Origin: a candidate division WOR-3 bacterium
GTDB lineage: Bacteria > Hydrothermota > Tepidihabitantia > Tepidihabitantales > Tepidihabitantaceae
Assembly (NCBI GenBank): GCA_013177935.1
Contig: JABLXZ010000001.1
Location: 386,191 to 450,190 of the forward strand
Length of the DNA stretch: 64,000 nt
Direction of reading: 5' to 3'
Below, piece by piece: positions 1-9,038 of the stretch. Each line of letters starts with the position of its first letter. Within the stretch, counting starts at the first letter, position 1. The notes under the pieces were generated by a model that did not search any database, had not been told where the DNA came from, and saw only the letters and a program-made list of their open reading frames with translations. Both the position numbers and the translations under genes were made by a program.

Positions 1-218
1 TCGGCAATTGCTGCGATTGAACCAAATTGTACCAGTAGTTCATGAGCGATGTCACGCACCGGAACTCCGCTGGTACCACGGCTGATCAAGACCGCCAGTA
101 ACTCCTCGCCCGATAATTTATCGGCACCGTAACGCAGCAGTCGTTCGCGTGGTCGTTCAGCAACTGGCAAGTCCCGCATTGTAAATCGTCGACGTTCTGC
201 TCCCGACTCTTTTTTCAT
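1..218 (-). CDS. radC: RadC/JAB-domain protein, N-terminal part (runs off window start)
   Basis: Own translation from ATG at 218: MKKESGAERRRFTMRDLPVAERPRERLLRYGADKLSGEELLAVLISRG. The ERPRERL..G...LS..ELLA.L motif is typical of RadC. ATGA overlap with the upstream stop. Confidence 0.85.
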   Translation of the reverse strand, partial: MKKESGAERRRFTMRDLPVAERPRERLLRYGADKLSGEELLAVLISRGTSGVPVRDIAHELLVQFGSIAAIA

Positions 219-745
219 CTAATCACAAACTCCCAGGCACACCAAGCGTCTGCGGGATGCTTATCCGGCGGGCAATAAAGACACCTTGTCTCAATCCGTT
301 CATCAATTGTTTTCGCAAACCACTCATATTCAACAAGTCCTACTGGTTTGCAGGGAAAATCGGGCAATCCCTTACGTTGCCGCGCACTTTGCACCCGGCA
401 GTCATTCATTCGAAACACAACCCGGTCTGGACCTACCTCAAGTACCTCCTGGCGATTGATATAGGCATAAAGACGGTAAGATAGCGCCTTGACGAGCGCT
501 GGAATCCCACCGCCCGGCAAAATCTTATGCCGTTCCATTATTCGTTTTGCTTCAATAACCGTAAACCGGCGCCACGCCTCCCGGTCAAGTTCAATCGCTG
601 CCTCCATGCCGAATTTTGACTCTACCGCCTGAAACCACAACCCGTCGTGCGCCAGCCAGTTTTTTGCCGCGTCCACCAAAAGGTTAATTAACTCCTCTCG
701 GGAAAAACTGTTAAGTTGAGGGAACCGTTCTTCTTTATCTGCCAT
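215..745 (-). CDS. DUF6125-like protein (Cys-containing, V4R-like)
   Basis: Motifs NWLAHDGLWFQAVE, CRVQSAR.RKGLPDFPC and C..CPPD.HP....C.W. Confidence 0.7.
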   Translation of the reverse strand: MADKEERFPQLNSFSREELINLLVDAAKNWLAHDGLWFQAVESKFGMEAAIELDREAWRRFTVIEAKRIMERHKILPGGGIPALVKALSYRLYAYINRQEVLEVGPDRVVFRMNDCRVQSARQRKGLPDFPCKPVGLVEYEWFAKTIDERIETRCLYCPPDKHPADAWCAWEFVIR

Positions 746-1307
746 AAATCCCCACTAACCGGGCTTCAGCCCGAATGTGACCGGTCATTGCCTCCTGAAG
801 TTTCCCGACGGAAGCACCAGGCGGTAAATCAAGTATTGTATCAAGCGCGTACAACTGGAAAATGTAACGGTGCGGTTTTCCGGGAGGCGGTTTTGGTCCG
901 TTATAACCGATGCGTTGAAAAGAGTTCACACCCTGCTTTGTTCCATCATCAAGTTGCTCTTTATTTACTACCCCTTCAGGTAACCGACGAACCACACCAG
1001 GAATATTGTAAATCACCCAGTGAACAAATGTGCCAATCGGCGCATCCGGGTCTGAACATATCAGGGCAAAACTCTTTACCCCGTCAGGAACACTATCCCA
1101 TACTAACTCCGGTGAAATGTCTTCACCATCACCGGTATAGCGCACAGGTATTTCAGTTTCTGGGGCAAATGCCGGACTGAAAAGCTGCATCTTCGGTACA
1201 GAACCGGAATCACTTTTTTCTGTTTGGGCTACTTTGGGGGGTGTCTTTGCCCCACCACAACAGCATAAAAACAAACCAATTGCAAACAGCCAGCCAATTA
1301 ATTTCAT
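735..1307 (-). CDS. YbhB/YbcL (PEBP, Raf kinase inhibitor-like) lipoprotein
   Basis: DPDAP..F.HW and GY.GP.PP.G.PHRY.F.LYALD motifs. Start moved to ATG 1307 (AGGAGG RBS; signal peptide ending in Cys). Confidence 0.9.
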   Translation of the reverse strand: MKLIGWLFAIGLFLCCCGGAKTPPKVAQTEKSDSGSVPKMQLFSPAFAPETEIPVRYTGDGEDISPELVWDSVPDGVKSFALICSDPDAPIGTFVHWVIYNIPGVVRRLPEGVVNKEQLDDGTKQGVNSFQRIGYNGPKPPPGKPHRYIFQLYALDTILDLPPGASVGKLQEAMTGHIRAEARLVGIYGR

Positions 1308-1324
1308 ACTATGCCTCCTGTTCA

Positions 1325-1395
1325 AAGTTATTCACGGAATCGCCTATGTCAAGTTTTGTCCTGCAAATTGACAATTGTTTAACAATAACTAAAAT
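1325..1395. promoter_or_regulatory. Divergent sigma70-like promoters
   Basis: Minus: TTGACA(1352-1347)-N16-TAACTT(1330-1325). Plus: TTGACA(1368-1373)-N16-TAAAAT(1390-1395). Confidence 0.65.
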
Positions 1396-1521
1396 TTACT
1401 ACATAAATAACATAATTATGCAAATTACAGTAACCTTAGCTGATTGGTTAATCACCCCGGAAAGGGCGCTTAATATCAACTTCCTCCCATTGTCAAAGTT
1501 GGGTCAAATATCACTACCGGC

Positions 1522-2751
1522 TTGCTAACACATCTCTTTTCCATCTTTCTTTTTCTTATTCAGTCTCCTACCGATACCATAAAAGTCTGGTTTGCTCAGG
1601 ACAGCATCGGTTTACGCCTTGTTGAATTTTTTAACAGGGCGGCTTCTTCAATAGATTACTGCTGCTATAACTCATCTCGTGCCGATGTTACGCTTGCTTT
1701 AATCAATGCCCATAACCGCGGTGTGCGAATCAGGATAATTACCGATGATTCGAGGCTTAACAACGATTGGGTCGCATACCTGCGTGCCGCCGGCATCACT
1801 GTATGGTCCGATTCAGTTTCTTCTGGACGCTCGGCTTATATGCACAACAAATTTGCCATCCGGGATTTTGCCGATGAAGACTCAACCAACGACATTCTCT
1901 GGGTTGCCTCTTACAATCCCAACCAGAATGAACTCTTCGCCGACTGTGCCCTCGAAATACCAAATAGTGCGCTCTGTGCCGCCTATCTTGCTGAATTCAA
2001 CCAGATGTGGGGCACTACGGAACCAAATCCGGTCCCGGAAAGCGCCCGTTTCCATTCCTCAAAACAGGACCGTTTATCATCCCATCAGTTTCTTATTAAT
2101 GGATATCCGGCATATCTCTACTTCTCACCCCAAAACCGCGTGGTTGATACCATTGCCGCATTTGCCGGGCGTGCCCGCAGTGAAATATTTTTCGCCATCA
2201 ACTCATTTACCTATGACCCGCTCGGTGACACATTGATTGCCCTCTGGAATCGTGGAATGACCGTTGCCGGCACCATTGACAAAGCCGGTGCTAATGACCC
2301 GGCTTCGGAGTATCCACGACTTCGTAATTGGCATATCCCGATTCTTGTTGACTCAGTCCCCTTTGGCAACGGTATCCTGCACGAGAAGATTATGCTCATT
2401 GACTCAAACTTAGTCATCACCAGTTCTGCCAACTGGTCTCAAAACGCCAACTTCAACAACGATGAAAATACCCTAATTTTGACCAACCCGGTGGTTACAG
2501 AACGCTTCCGCAATGAGATTCTTACCCGCTATCTTGAAGCCAACGGTACCTACCCTCCGGCGATTTTTGAGCCACCGGGGTTCAATCCGATGCAGAAAAC
2601 TCTTACCAATCTACACCGCGGCTCACTATTTTTTACCGGTGAGTTCTACGACGCCACAGGCCGAAAAGTTGTTAAAGGCAAACCGTTTTCCAGCGGTGTT
2701 TTCTTTCAAATCGAAAATGGCAAACCCATCCGGTTCATCTTCATAAAGTAG
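1522..2751 (+). CDS. Secreted phospholipase D-family protein (two HKD motifs) with short C-terminal sorting-like tail
   Basis: HNKFAIRD and HEKIMLID...SANWS...N.EN motifs; N-terminal signal; tail FYDATGRKV...GVFF...IFIK. Confidence 0.85.
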   Translation: MLTHLFSIFLFLIQSPTDTIKVWFAQDSIGLRLVEFFNRAASSIDYCCYNSSRADVTLALINAHNRGVRIRIITDDSRLNNDWVAYLRAAGITVWSDSVSSGRSAYMHNKFAIRDFADEDSTNDILWVASYNPNQNELFADCALEIPNSALCAAYLAEFNQMWGTTEPNPVPESARFHSSKQDRLSSHQFLINGYPAYLYFSPQNRVVDTIAAFAGRARSEIFFAINSFTYDPLGDTLIALWNRGMTVAGTIDKAGANDPASEYPRLRNWHIPILVDSVPFGNGILHEKIMLIDSNLVITSSANWSQNANFNNDENTLILTNPVVTERFRNEILTRYLEANGTYPPAIFEPPGFNPMQKTLTNLHRGSLFFTGEFYDATGRKVVKGKPFSSGVFFQIENGKPIRFIFIK

Positions 2752-2828
2752 CACGCCTGATTTGACACAGCAGACAGTTTTTAGTTAAATAACTATCTGA
2801 GGTCCTCGCAAGAAGGTATAAATTTTAA

Positions 2829-4550
2829 ATGAACAGCGAACTACTACTCGGTGATGAAGCGGTTGCCCGCGGTGCTTGGGAAGCGGGTTGCTCGGTCGCC
2901 GCTGCCTACCCCGGAACACCTTCAACCGAAATCCTTGAAGCCCTTGCCCGATATCAAGATGTCTATTGCGAATGGTCAGTAAATGAAAAGGTGGCACTGG
3001 AGGTAGCGCTGGGAGCAGCACATGCCGGGGTACGGAGTCTGGCAGCAATGAAGCATGTTGGATTGAATGTTGCTGCTGACCCATTGTTCTCAGCGGCTTA
3101 CATTGGGGTGAATGCCGGTCTGGTTATTGTTACCGCCGATGACCCGGGTCTTCACTCGTCACAGAATGAACAGGATAACCGTTTTTACGCGCTCGCGGCA
3201 AAAATCCCCCTGCTCTGTCCTTCAGACAGTCAGGAGGCAAAAGATTTTACAAAACTGGCGTTTGACCTATCAGAAGAGTACGACATACCAGTCTTACTTC
3301 GGCTTACAACCCGAATTGCCCACTCCTGTTCAATAGTAACTCTTGAACCCCGTATCGATAAAAAACCGCGCGGCTACGAAAAACAGCTTTCCAAAACCAC
3401 CTTACTGCCGGTTTTTGCCCGGGTGCGACACATCGACCTGGAAAAGCGTCTGGTGCGTTTGCAGGATTACGCCGAAAAATCACCGCTCAACCGGGTCGAG
3501 CTCGGTAATGCTAACCTCGGGATAATCTGCGATGGTGTCGCCTATCAATACGCCCGGGAGGTTTTCCCGGACGCATCATTTCTTAAATTAGGACTCGTTT
3601 ACCCTTTCCCCCGTAACTTGGTACTTAACTTTGCCCAAAAAGTAAAAGAACTGATTGTTATTGAGGAAGTCGACCCATTTATCGAACTACAAACCCGCGC
3701 CCTCGGCTTGCAAGTCAAGGGCAAAGACCAGCTACCGCGCTGGGGTGAACTCAACTCGGGTATTATCCGCACCGCCCTTGCCGATAAGAAGGTGGAAAAA
3801 TCGCAGCCGGAAGAGGAAATTCCTAATCGTCCGCCTGCGCTCTGCCCGGGCTGTCCTCATCTGGGACTTTTCTACGCCCTGCAGAAACAGAAAGCAATCA
3901 TCGCGGGCGACATTGGCTGTTACACGCTCGGCGCACTACCACCCCACAGCGCAATGGACACCTGTATTGATATGGGTGCCTCAATTACTTTTGCCCATGG
4001 TGCCGACAAAGCTCTTGGTAAATCTGACCCCAGACCGCGCATCGCCCTTCTTGGCGACTCCACTTTCTTTCACTCTGGCATCACCGGATTGATTAACACC
4101 ACTTACAACAAATCCAATGTCATAACAATTATCACCGATAACCGAACTACCGGAATGACTGGACACCAGGACCATCCTGGAACCGGCAAAACATTAAAAG
4201 GCGAACAAACTCAACCGATTGACCTTGAACTACTCTGCCGTGCCTGCGGAGTCGAGCAGGTAATTCGTGTTGACCCTTACCACCCGCAGGAAACCAAGAA
4301 GACAATTCAAAACCTACTAAAAGAAAATAAAAGAGCGGTTGTCATTTCGCAAAGAGCCTGCGCTCTCCTTGTTGGCAAACAGGGTGACCCCAAAAAGGTA
4401 AACAAGGAAAAGTGCATTGGTTGTCGCGCCTGCCTTGCCCTGGGCTGTCCGGCAATCTCCTTTGCCGACAACAAAGCGTTTATCATCGCTACCGCCTGCA
4501 CCGGCTGCGCGATGTGTGTTGAAATCTGCCCCAAGGAGGCGATTGAATGA
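2829..4550 (+). CDS. iorA: Indolepyruvate:ferredoxin oxidoreductase alpha subunit
   Basis: YPGTPSTEI, MKHVGLNVAAD, RPPALCPGCPH, GDIGCY, GDSTFFHSG; two C-terminal 4Fe-4S motifs. Confidence 0.95.
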   Translation: MNSELLLGDEAVARGAWEAGCSVAAAYPGTPSTEILEALARYQDVYCEWSVNEKVALEVALGAAHAGVRSLAAMKHVGLNVAADPLFSAAYIGVNAGLVIVTADDPGLHSSQNEQDNRFYALAAKIPLLCPSDSQEAKDFTKLAFDLSEEYDIPVLLRLTTRIAHSCSIVTLEPRIDKKPRGYEKQLSKTTLLPVFARVRHIDLEKRLVRLQDYAEKSPLNRVELGNANLGIICDGVAYQYAREVFPDASFLKLGLVYPFPRNLVLNFAQKVKELIVIEEVDPFIELQTRALGLQVKGKDQLPRWGELNSGIIRTALADKKVEKSQPEEEIPNRPPALCPGCPHLGLFYALQKQKAIIAGDIGCYTLGALPPHSAMDTCIDMGASITFAHGADKALGKSDPRPRIALLGDSTFFHSGITGLINTTYNKSNVITIITDNRTTGMTGHQDHPGTGKTLKGEQTQPIDLELLCRACGVEQVIRVDPYHPQETKKTIQNLLKENKRAVVISQRACALLVGKQGDPKKVNKEKCIGCRACLALGCPAISFADNKAFIIATACTGCAMCVEICPKEAIE

Positions 4551-5143
4551 ACATTCTTGTCTGCGGCGTTGGCGGGCAGGGGGTTTTACTCTTCTCTGAC
4601 ATCCTATCTCACATCGCCCTTATGGCGAAACTTGATGTCAAAAAAAGCGAGGTCCACGGGATGGCACAGAGAGGTGGTAGTGTTACCAGCCATATCCGCT
4701 GGAGTGGAAAAGTTTATTCACCCCTGATTGAAGAAGGCACTGCTGACATCATCATCGCATTTGAAAAATTAGAAGCGCTGCGGTATATTCACTTCCTATC
4801 CCCATCGGGAAGTTTAATCTATGACCCCCTGCGGATTGAGCCTTTACCGGTTCTAATCGGAACGGTAGAAAAAATGCCCGATTCCCTTCTTGACGAACGC
4901 ATCAATATTCGGGCACCGAAAAACTATCCGGTTCCGGCTTTTGAAGTTGCCTGCAAACTGGGCAACCCCCGGTTGCAAAATACGGTTATGCTTGGTGCCG
5001 TATCCCGCTTTTTCGAATTTCCTTCAAACCTTTACCGTCAGGTTATCAGTACTCTGGTCAAACCCCAATTGGTTGAGTTAAACTTAAAAGCATTCGCGGC
5101 GGGACTGGAACTAATCCCGCCGCTAAATGACCGATTGCAATAA
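4547..5143 (+). CDS. iorB: Indolepyruvate:ferredoxin oxidoreductase beta subunit
   Basis: GVGGQG and SEVHGMAQRGGSV motifs; 4-bp overlap with iorA. Confidence 0.95.
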   Translation: MNILVCGVGGQGVLLFSDILSHIALMAKLDVKKSEVHGMAQRGGSVTSHIRWSGKVYSPLIEEGTADIIIAFEKLEALRYIHFLSPSGSLIYDPLRIEPLPVLIGTVEKMPDSLLDERINIRAPKNYPVPAFEVACKLGNPRLQNTVMLGAVSRFFEFPSNLYRQVISTLVKPQLVELNLKAFAAGLELIPPLNDRLQ

Positions 5144-5157
5144 ACTTCTGTTAACCG

Positions 5158-5883
5158 TTACCAGCGGTAGTCGATGTCGAGGTTAAAGGCGTCGAGTACT
5201 CCTTCTTCACCTGCTACCTCACGGATAATCTTCAAACGCCAGTTGCCTTTTACCGGTTCATCTGCAAGACCCGGAATCAACTCACCGTCAACCTCCAGCG
5301 GACTTACACGGTTGTCCCAGAAAAGAACTTCCCGGCCCGAAGGCGTCACGAGGCGCATCTCAAAAAACTCACCGTCCAGCGTATCGGGGTCAAATTCAAC
5401 TGTAACCCAGACCGACTCGGCAAGGGCGCCTTGAGGAACTTCATTAGAGAGGTCAAGACTGACTTCAACCGAACCGGGATTGGGTATCGACACTGGACCG
5501 TCAAAGGTCTCGTCAACATTTCCAATGCGCCACGCCCGGACATTCAAGGTTTTCGTTTCTGTGTCCGTTTCTCCTTTACCGTCATCGCATACCACTGTAA
5601 CCGTTGCACTGCCGGGTGAATTTGGAGCCGTCCACAAAACACTATCTCCGGTTGTGCTGGAAAGTGTTCCGGCAGAGGCCGTCCAGGTAAAGGTTAGCGG
5701 GTCGTCATCGGCATCGCTGGCATAAACTTTCAACAATACGACTCCACCCGGAGTTGCCGTGTCTGATGGACTGGCAGTAATAGAAGCAATCATCGGTTTA
5801 TTATTGCTATCGCATCCTGTTGTGATGAGAACTGCGGCAAAGATTAATGCGCTCAGAGCGACCGCGCATCTACTATGAAACAT
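5158..5883 (-). CDS. Lipoprotein with PKD/Ig-like domain and proprotein-convertase P-like domain
   Basis: Lipobox ITTGC; D.D.DPLTFTW and V.CDDGKG (PKD-like); L.TPSG...GNWRLKI (P-domain). Confidence 0.7.
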   Translation of the reverse strand: MFHSRCAVALSALIFAAVLITTGCDSNNKPMIASITASPSDTATPGGVVLLKVYASDADDDPLTFTWTASAGTLSSTTGDSVLWTAPNSPGSATVTVVCDDGKGETDTETKTLNVRAWRIGNVDETFDGPVSIPNPGSVEVSLDLSNEVPQGALAESVWVTVEFDPDTLDGEFFEMRLVTPSGREVLFWDNRVSPLEVDGELIPGLADEPVKGNWRLKIIREVAGEEGVLDAFNLDIDYRW

Positions 5884-5933
5884 TCCTCCCTCCTTTTCTA
5901 TTTATCTACTCCCTTTGACCGCCGAGACAACTA

Positions 5934-5961
5934 ATTATACCATTAGACCTGCTAATGTCAA
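5934..5961 (-). promoter_or_regulatory. Consensus sigma70-like promoter
   Basis: TTGACA(5961-5956)-N16-TATAAT(5939-5934) upstream of the ATG at 5883. Confidence 0.8.
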
Positions 5962-6033
5962 CAAAATAACAAGTTGAATTCATACCCATTTCCTGTAAAA
6001 ATCAACCCGATAGACGGCGTTCCTATTAATTTC

Positions 6034-6119
6034 CCATACTATTCCCGATACTACCCCGGGGTTCGGCAGGGAAAATCGGGCTAATACAGTATAACCATCA
6101 AGATTGCAACTGGTTATGT
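6034..6119. repeat. Intergenic 12-bp-periodic element, copy A
   Basis: ccatactattcc|cgatactacccc|ggggttcggcag|ggaaaatcgggc|taatacagtata, then TAAC-N17-GTTATG. Similar in layout to 34463 and 63782. Confidence 0.45.
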
Positions 6120-6336
6120 AAAAATCGCCTAACTGTCTCGTTATACTTTAAAGTATACAATTCCCACGCATTATCAAAATCCTGTTTTCCCCTTCTTTCT
6201 GATATCTGGATTTTCACCTTATAATATAAAGACTCGCGCCTATTTATTCTGATAAGCCAGTATTAGATAACAAATCTTGAAACTTCTTTTATGTAATATT
6301 GACTTTGGTTAGAATACATTTAAAATGTTAATTCTA

Positions 6337-7185
6337 ATGGACTTTGGCAGATTTAAGCTTTACCCCCTTTGTGATGGGTTCTTTGGTCTGGATGGGGGTG
6401 CAATGTTTGGTGTCGTACCGAAACCTCTCTGGGAAAAAGACCACCCCCCGGATGAACGGAATCGAATAAAACTTGCCCTGCGGCCTCTTCTCGTTGCAAC
6501 TGGAAAAGAACTTATACTCATCGACACCGGGATTGGAGACAAATACGACGCCAGTTTTGCGGAACGGTATCGCATCGAGAAAACCGACTCATTGCTGTCC
6601 GGTCTTGCCCGTCTCGGTTTTAAACCCGAAGACATTACAACGGTAGTCCTTACCCATCTGCACTTTGACCATTGTGGTGGCTCAACCCGAATAAAAGACG
6701 GCAAACTGGTCCCGACTTTTCCCCACGCCCGCTACATCGTTCAGCATACCGAATGGAACGATGCAATCCAGCCCAATCGTCGCTCCCGTGCCTCCTATCT
6801 GGGAGAAAATTTCTTGCCGTTAAAAGAAACCGACCAGCTTGAGTTAATCAGTGGCTCAACCGAAATTTATCCCGGGATTGAGTTGATTCACACCGGGGGT
6901 CACACCAGAGGTATGCAGCTGGTTAAAATCACTGATGAAAATAAAACCGCTATTTTCTGGTCCGATATGATTCCCACTAAAAGCCACATTCCGGTGCCCT
7001 ACATTATGGGCTACGACCTGTTTCCGCTTGACTCAATGGACCAGAAAGAAAAACTTTTGAATCAGGCGGTTAACGGTAACTGGTTCTCGATCTTTGAACA
7101 CGACACAGACAACATAATTGGAAAAATTACCTTTAAGGATGGCAAGTATCACTTTGAACAAATCAAGGAGGATGAAAATTTATGA
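6337..7185 (+). CDS. MBL-fold metallo-hydrolase (YtnP-like)
   Basis: LDGGAMFGVVPKPLW, THLHFDHCGG, GGHT.G. Start set at ATG 6337 because ATG 6325 overlaps the -10 box. Confidence 0.9.
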   Translation: MDFGRFKLYPLCDGFFGLDGGAMFGVVPKPLWEKDHPPDERNRIKLALRPLLVATGKELILIDTGIGDKYDASFAERYRIEKTDSLLSGLARLGFKPEDITTVVLTHLHFDHCGGSTRIKDGKLVPTFPHARYIVQHTEWNDAIQPNRRSRASYLGENFLPLKETDQLELISGSTEIYPGIELIHTGGHTRGMQLVKITDENKTAIFWSDMIPTKSHIPVPYIMGYDLFPLDSMDQKEKLLNQAVNGNWFSIFEHDTDNIIGKITFKDGKYHFEQIKEDENL

Positions 7186-9038
7186 CAGCAAACAACTGGC
7201 AGATGAGATTTAAGGAAAAAATCAAAACCCCGGAACAGGCATTAGAAGTTGTCCAGCCCGGGGACCGGATATTCATCGGCTCGGCTTGTGGCACACCCCA
7301 GAAACTGGTTAGGGCACTTGCCGACCGTCCGGTGGAAGATGTTGAGGTAACTCATATTTTAACACTGGGTGTTGCCCCCTATGCCGAAGAAGCGCTCGCC
7401 GCGCGCTATCGGGCAAACTCCTTCTTCATCAGCGCCAATGTCCGGGAAGCGGTGCAAAAAGGCAGAGCCGACTACACTCCAATATTTCTTTCCGAACTAC
7501 CGCGCCTGTTACGCTCGGGCCGCCTACCGATTGATGTTGCCTTGATTCAGGTTACCCCACCCGATGAGCACGGCTTTTGCAGTCTTGGGGTTTCGGTCGA
7601 CATCACAAAACCCGCCGCCGAGGTCGCAAAATATGTTATTGCCGAAGTGAACCCACAAATGCCTCGGACCCTGGGCGACAGTTTCATTCACATCTCCCAG
7701 ATTCATTCCATTGTTGAAAACGATGCACCGATATATGAGTTTACCACCCCTGGACCCAGCGAAGTTGCTCAGCGTATTGCAAAAAATGTTGCCGAACTCA
7801 TACCCGATGGCGCGACGATTCAAATCGGCTACGGCGGCATTCCCAATGCCCTCCTTTACTACCTGAAAGACAAAAAAGACCTTGGCGTCCATACCGAAGT
7901 TTTCTCTGATGGCATTATCGATTTAATTGAAAGCGGTGTCATCACCAATCGCAAGAAAACTCTGCACCCCGGAAAGGTTGTTGCCTCTTTTGCGATGGGC
8001 TCACAGCGCCTTTACCAATACATTGACAACAACCCAAGGTTCGAGTTTCATCCAGTAGACTATACCAACGATCCATTTGTCATCGCCCAGAACGACAAAA
8101 TGGTGTCAATCAACTCGGCACTTGAGATTGATTTAACCGGTCAGGTGTGTGCTGACTCCATCGGCTCCCTTTTCTATTCCGGTATTGGAGGACAACTGGA
8201 CTTTGTCCGTGGTGCGGCGCGTGCCAAAGATGGAAAGCCGATTATCGTCTTAAAATCAACCCGGGACAACGACCGTTTTTCCCGCATTGTTCCGGTGCTC
8301 TCGGAAGGTGCCGGTGTTGTCACATCGCGCGGTGATGTCCACTATGTCGTAACCGAATGGGGTGTTGCCTATCTCCACGGCAAATCAATCCGGGAACGTG
8401 CCCTTGCCCTGATATCGATTGCCCATCCGAAATTCCGCGCCGAACTGCTAAAACAGGCAAAGCAGCGAAACTTCGTCTATCAGGACCAACCCGAAGACGC
8501 CCTTGTTTCAGCGCGCTACCCCGAAGAGTTTGAAACTAAAGTGCGCCTGCCGAATGGCGAAACTATCCTGATTCGGCCCATTAAACCAACCGACGAACCG
8601 GCAATGCGTGAACTCTTCTACTCATTCTCCCGGGACACAGTTTTCTACCGCTACTTTAGCTACATCAAGGCGATGCCGCACGAGAAACTGACCAGATTCG
8701 TCAATATCGATTACGAAAAGGAGATGGCACTGGTTGCGGTACTGCGCCGAAATGGCGAAGAGCAAATTGTTGGTTCGACCCGATACTATGTTGACCCCTC
8801 GACTGGACTTGCTGAATTTGCCATAGAAATTCAGGACGAATTTCAGAACAAGGGCATTGGAACCGCTCTTTTCAACCACCTGATTCGCATCGCCCGGATA
8901 AAAGGTGTCAAAGGGTTTGTTGGTTATGTTCTGGACTCCAACACCAGGGCTTATCGGCTTGTTACCAAAACCGGCTTCCCGCTTGAAACCAAATGGGAAG
9001 ACGGCGTTTACACCTTAACTTTGAGGTTTGAAAAATGA
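7182..9038 (+). CDS. Acetyl-CoA hydrolase/4-hydroxybutyrate CoA-transferase family protein fused to a C-terminal GNAT domain
   Basis: DLGVHTE, SGIGGQLDFVRGA, VVTEWGVA.L.GKS..ERA; then IRPIKP.D...IDY..EMALVA...FQNKGIGT (GNAT). Confidence 0.9.
   Translation: MTANNWQMRFKEKIKTPEQALEVVQPGDRIFIGSACGTPQKLVRALADRPVEDVEVTHILTLGVAPYAEEALAARYRANSFFISANVREAVQKGRADYTPIFLSELPRLLRSGRLPIDVALIQVTPPDEHGFCSLGVSVDITKPAAEVAKYVIAEVNPQMPRTLGDSFIHISQIHSIVENDAPIYEFTTPGPSEVAQRIAKNVAELIPDGATIQIGYGGIPNALLYYLKDKKDLGVHTEVFSDGIIDLIESGVITNRKKTLHPGKVVASFAMGSQRLYQYIDNNPRFEFHPVDYTNDPFVIAQNDKMVSINSALEIDLTGQVCADSIGSLFYSGIGGQLDFVRGAARAKDGKPIIVLKSTRDNDRFSRIVPVLSEGAGVVTSRGDVHYVVTEWGVAYLHGKSIRERALALISIAHPKFRAELLKQAKQRNFVYQDQPEDALVSARYPEEFETKVRLPNGETILIRPIKPTDEPAMRELFYSFSRDTVFYRYFSYIKAMPHEKLTRFVNIDYEKEMALVAVLRRNGEEQIVGSTRYYVDPSTGLAEFAIEIQDEFQNKGIGTALFNHLIRIARIKGVKGFVGYVLDSNTRAYRLVTKTGFPLETKWEDGVYTLTLRFEK

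Noticed and set aside
1241..1528. ORF 1241-1528(+), or its 36-codon tail from ATG 1418, as a leader peptide
   Set aside because: It spans both divergent promoters and has no RBS or telling codon runs; the short version cannot be excluded but is unsupported.
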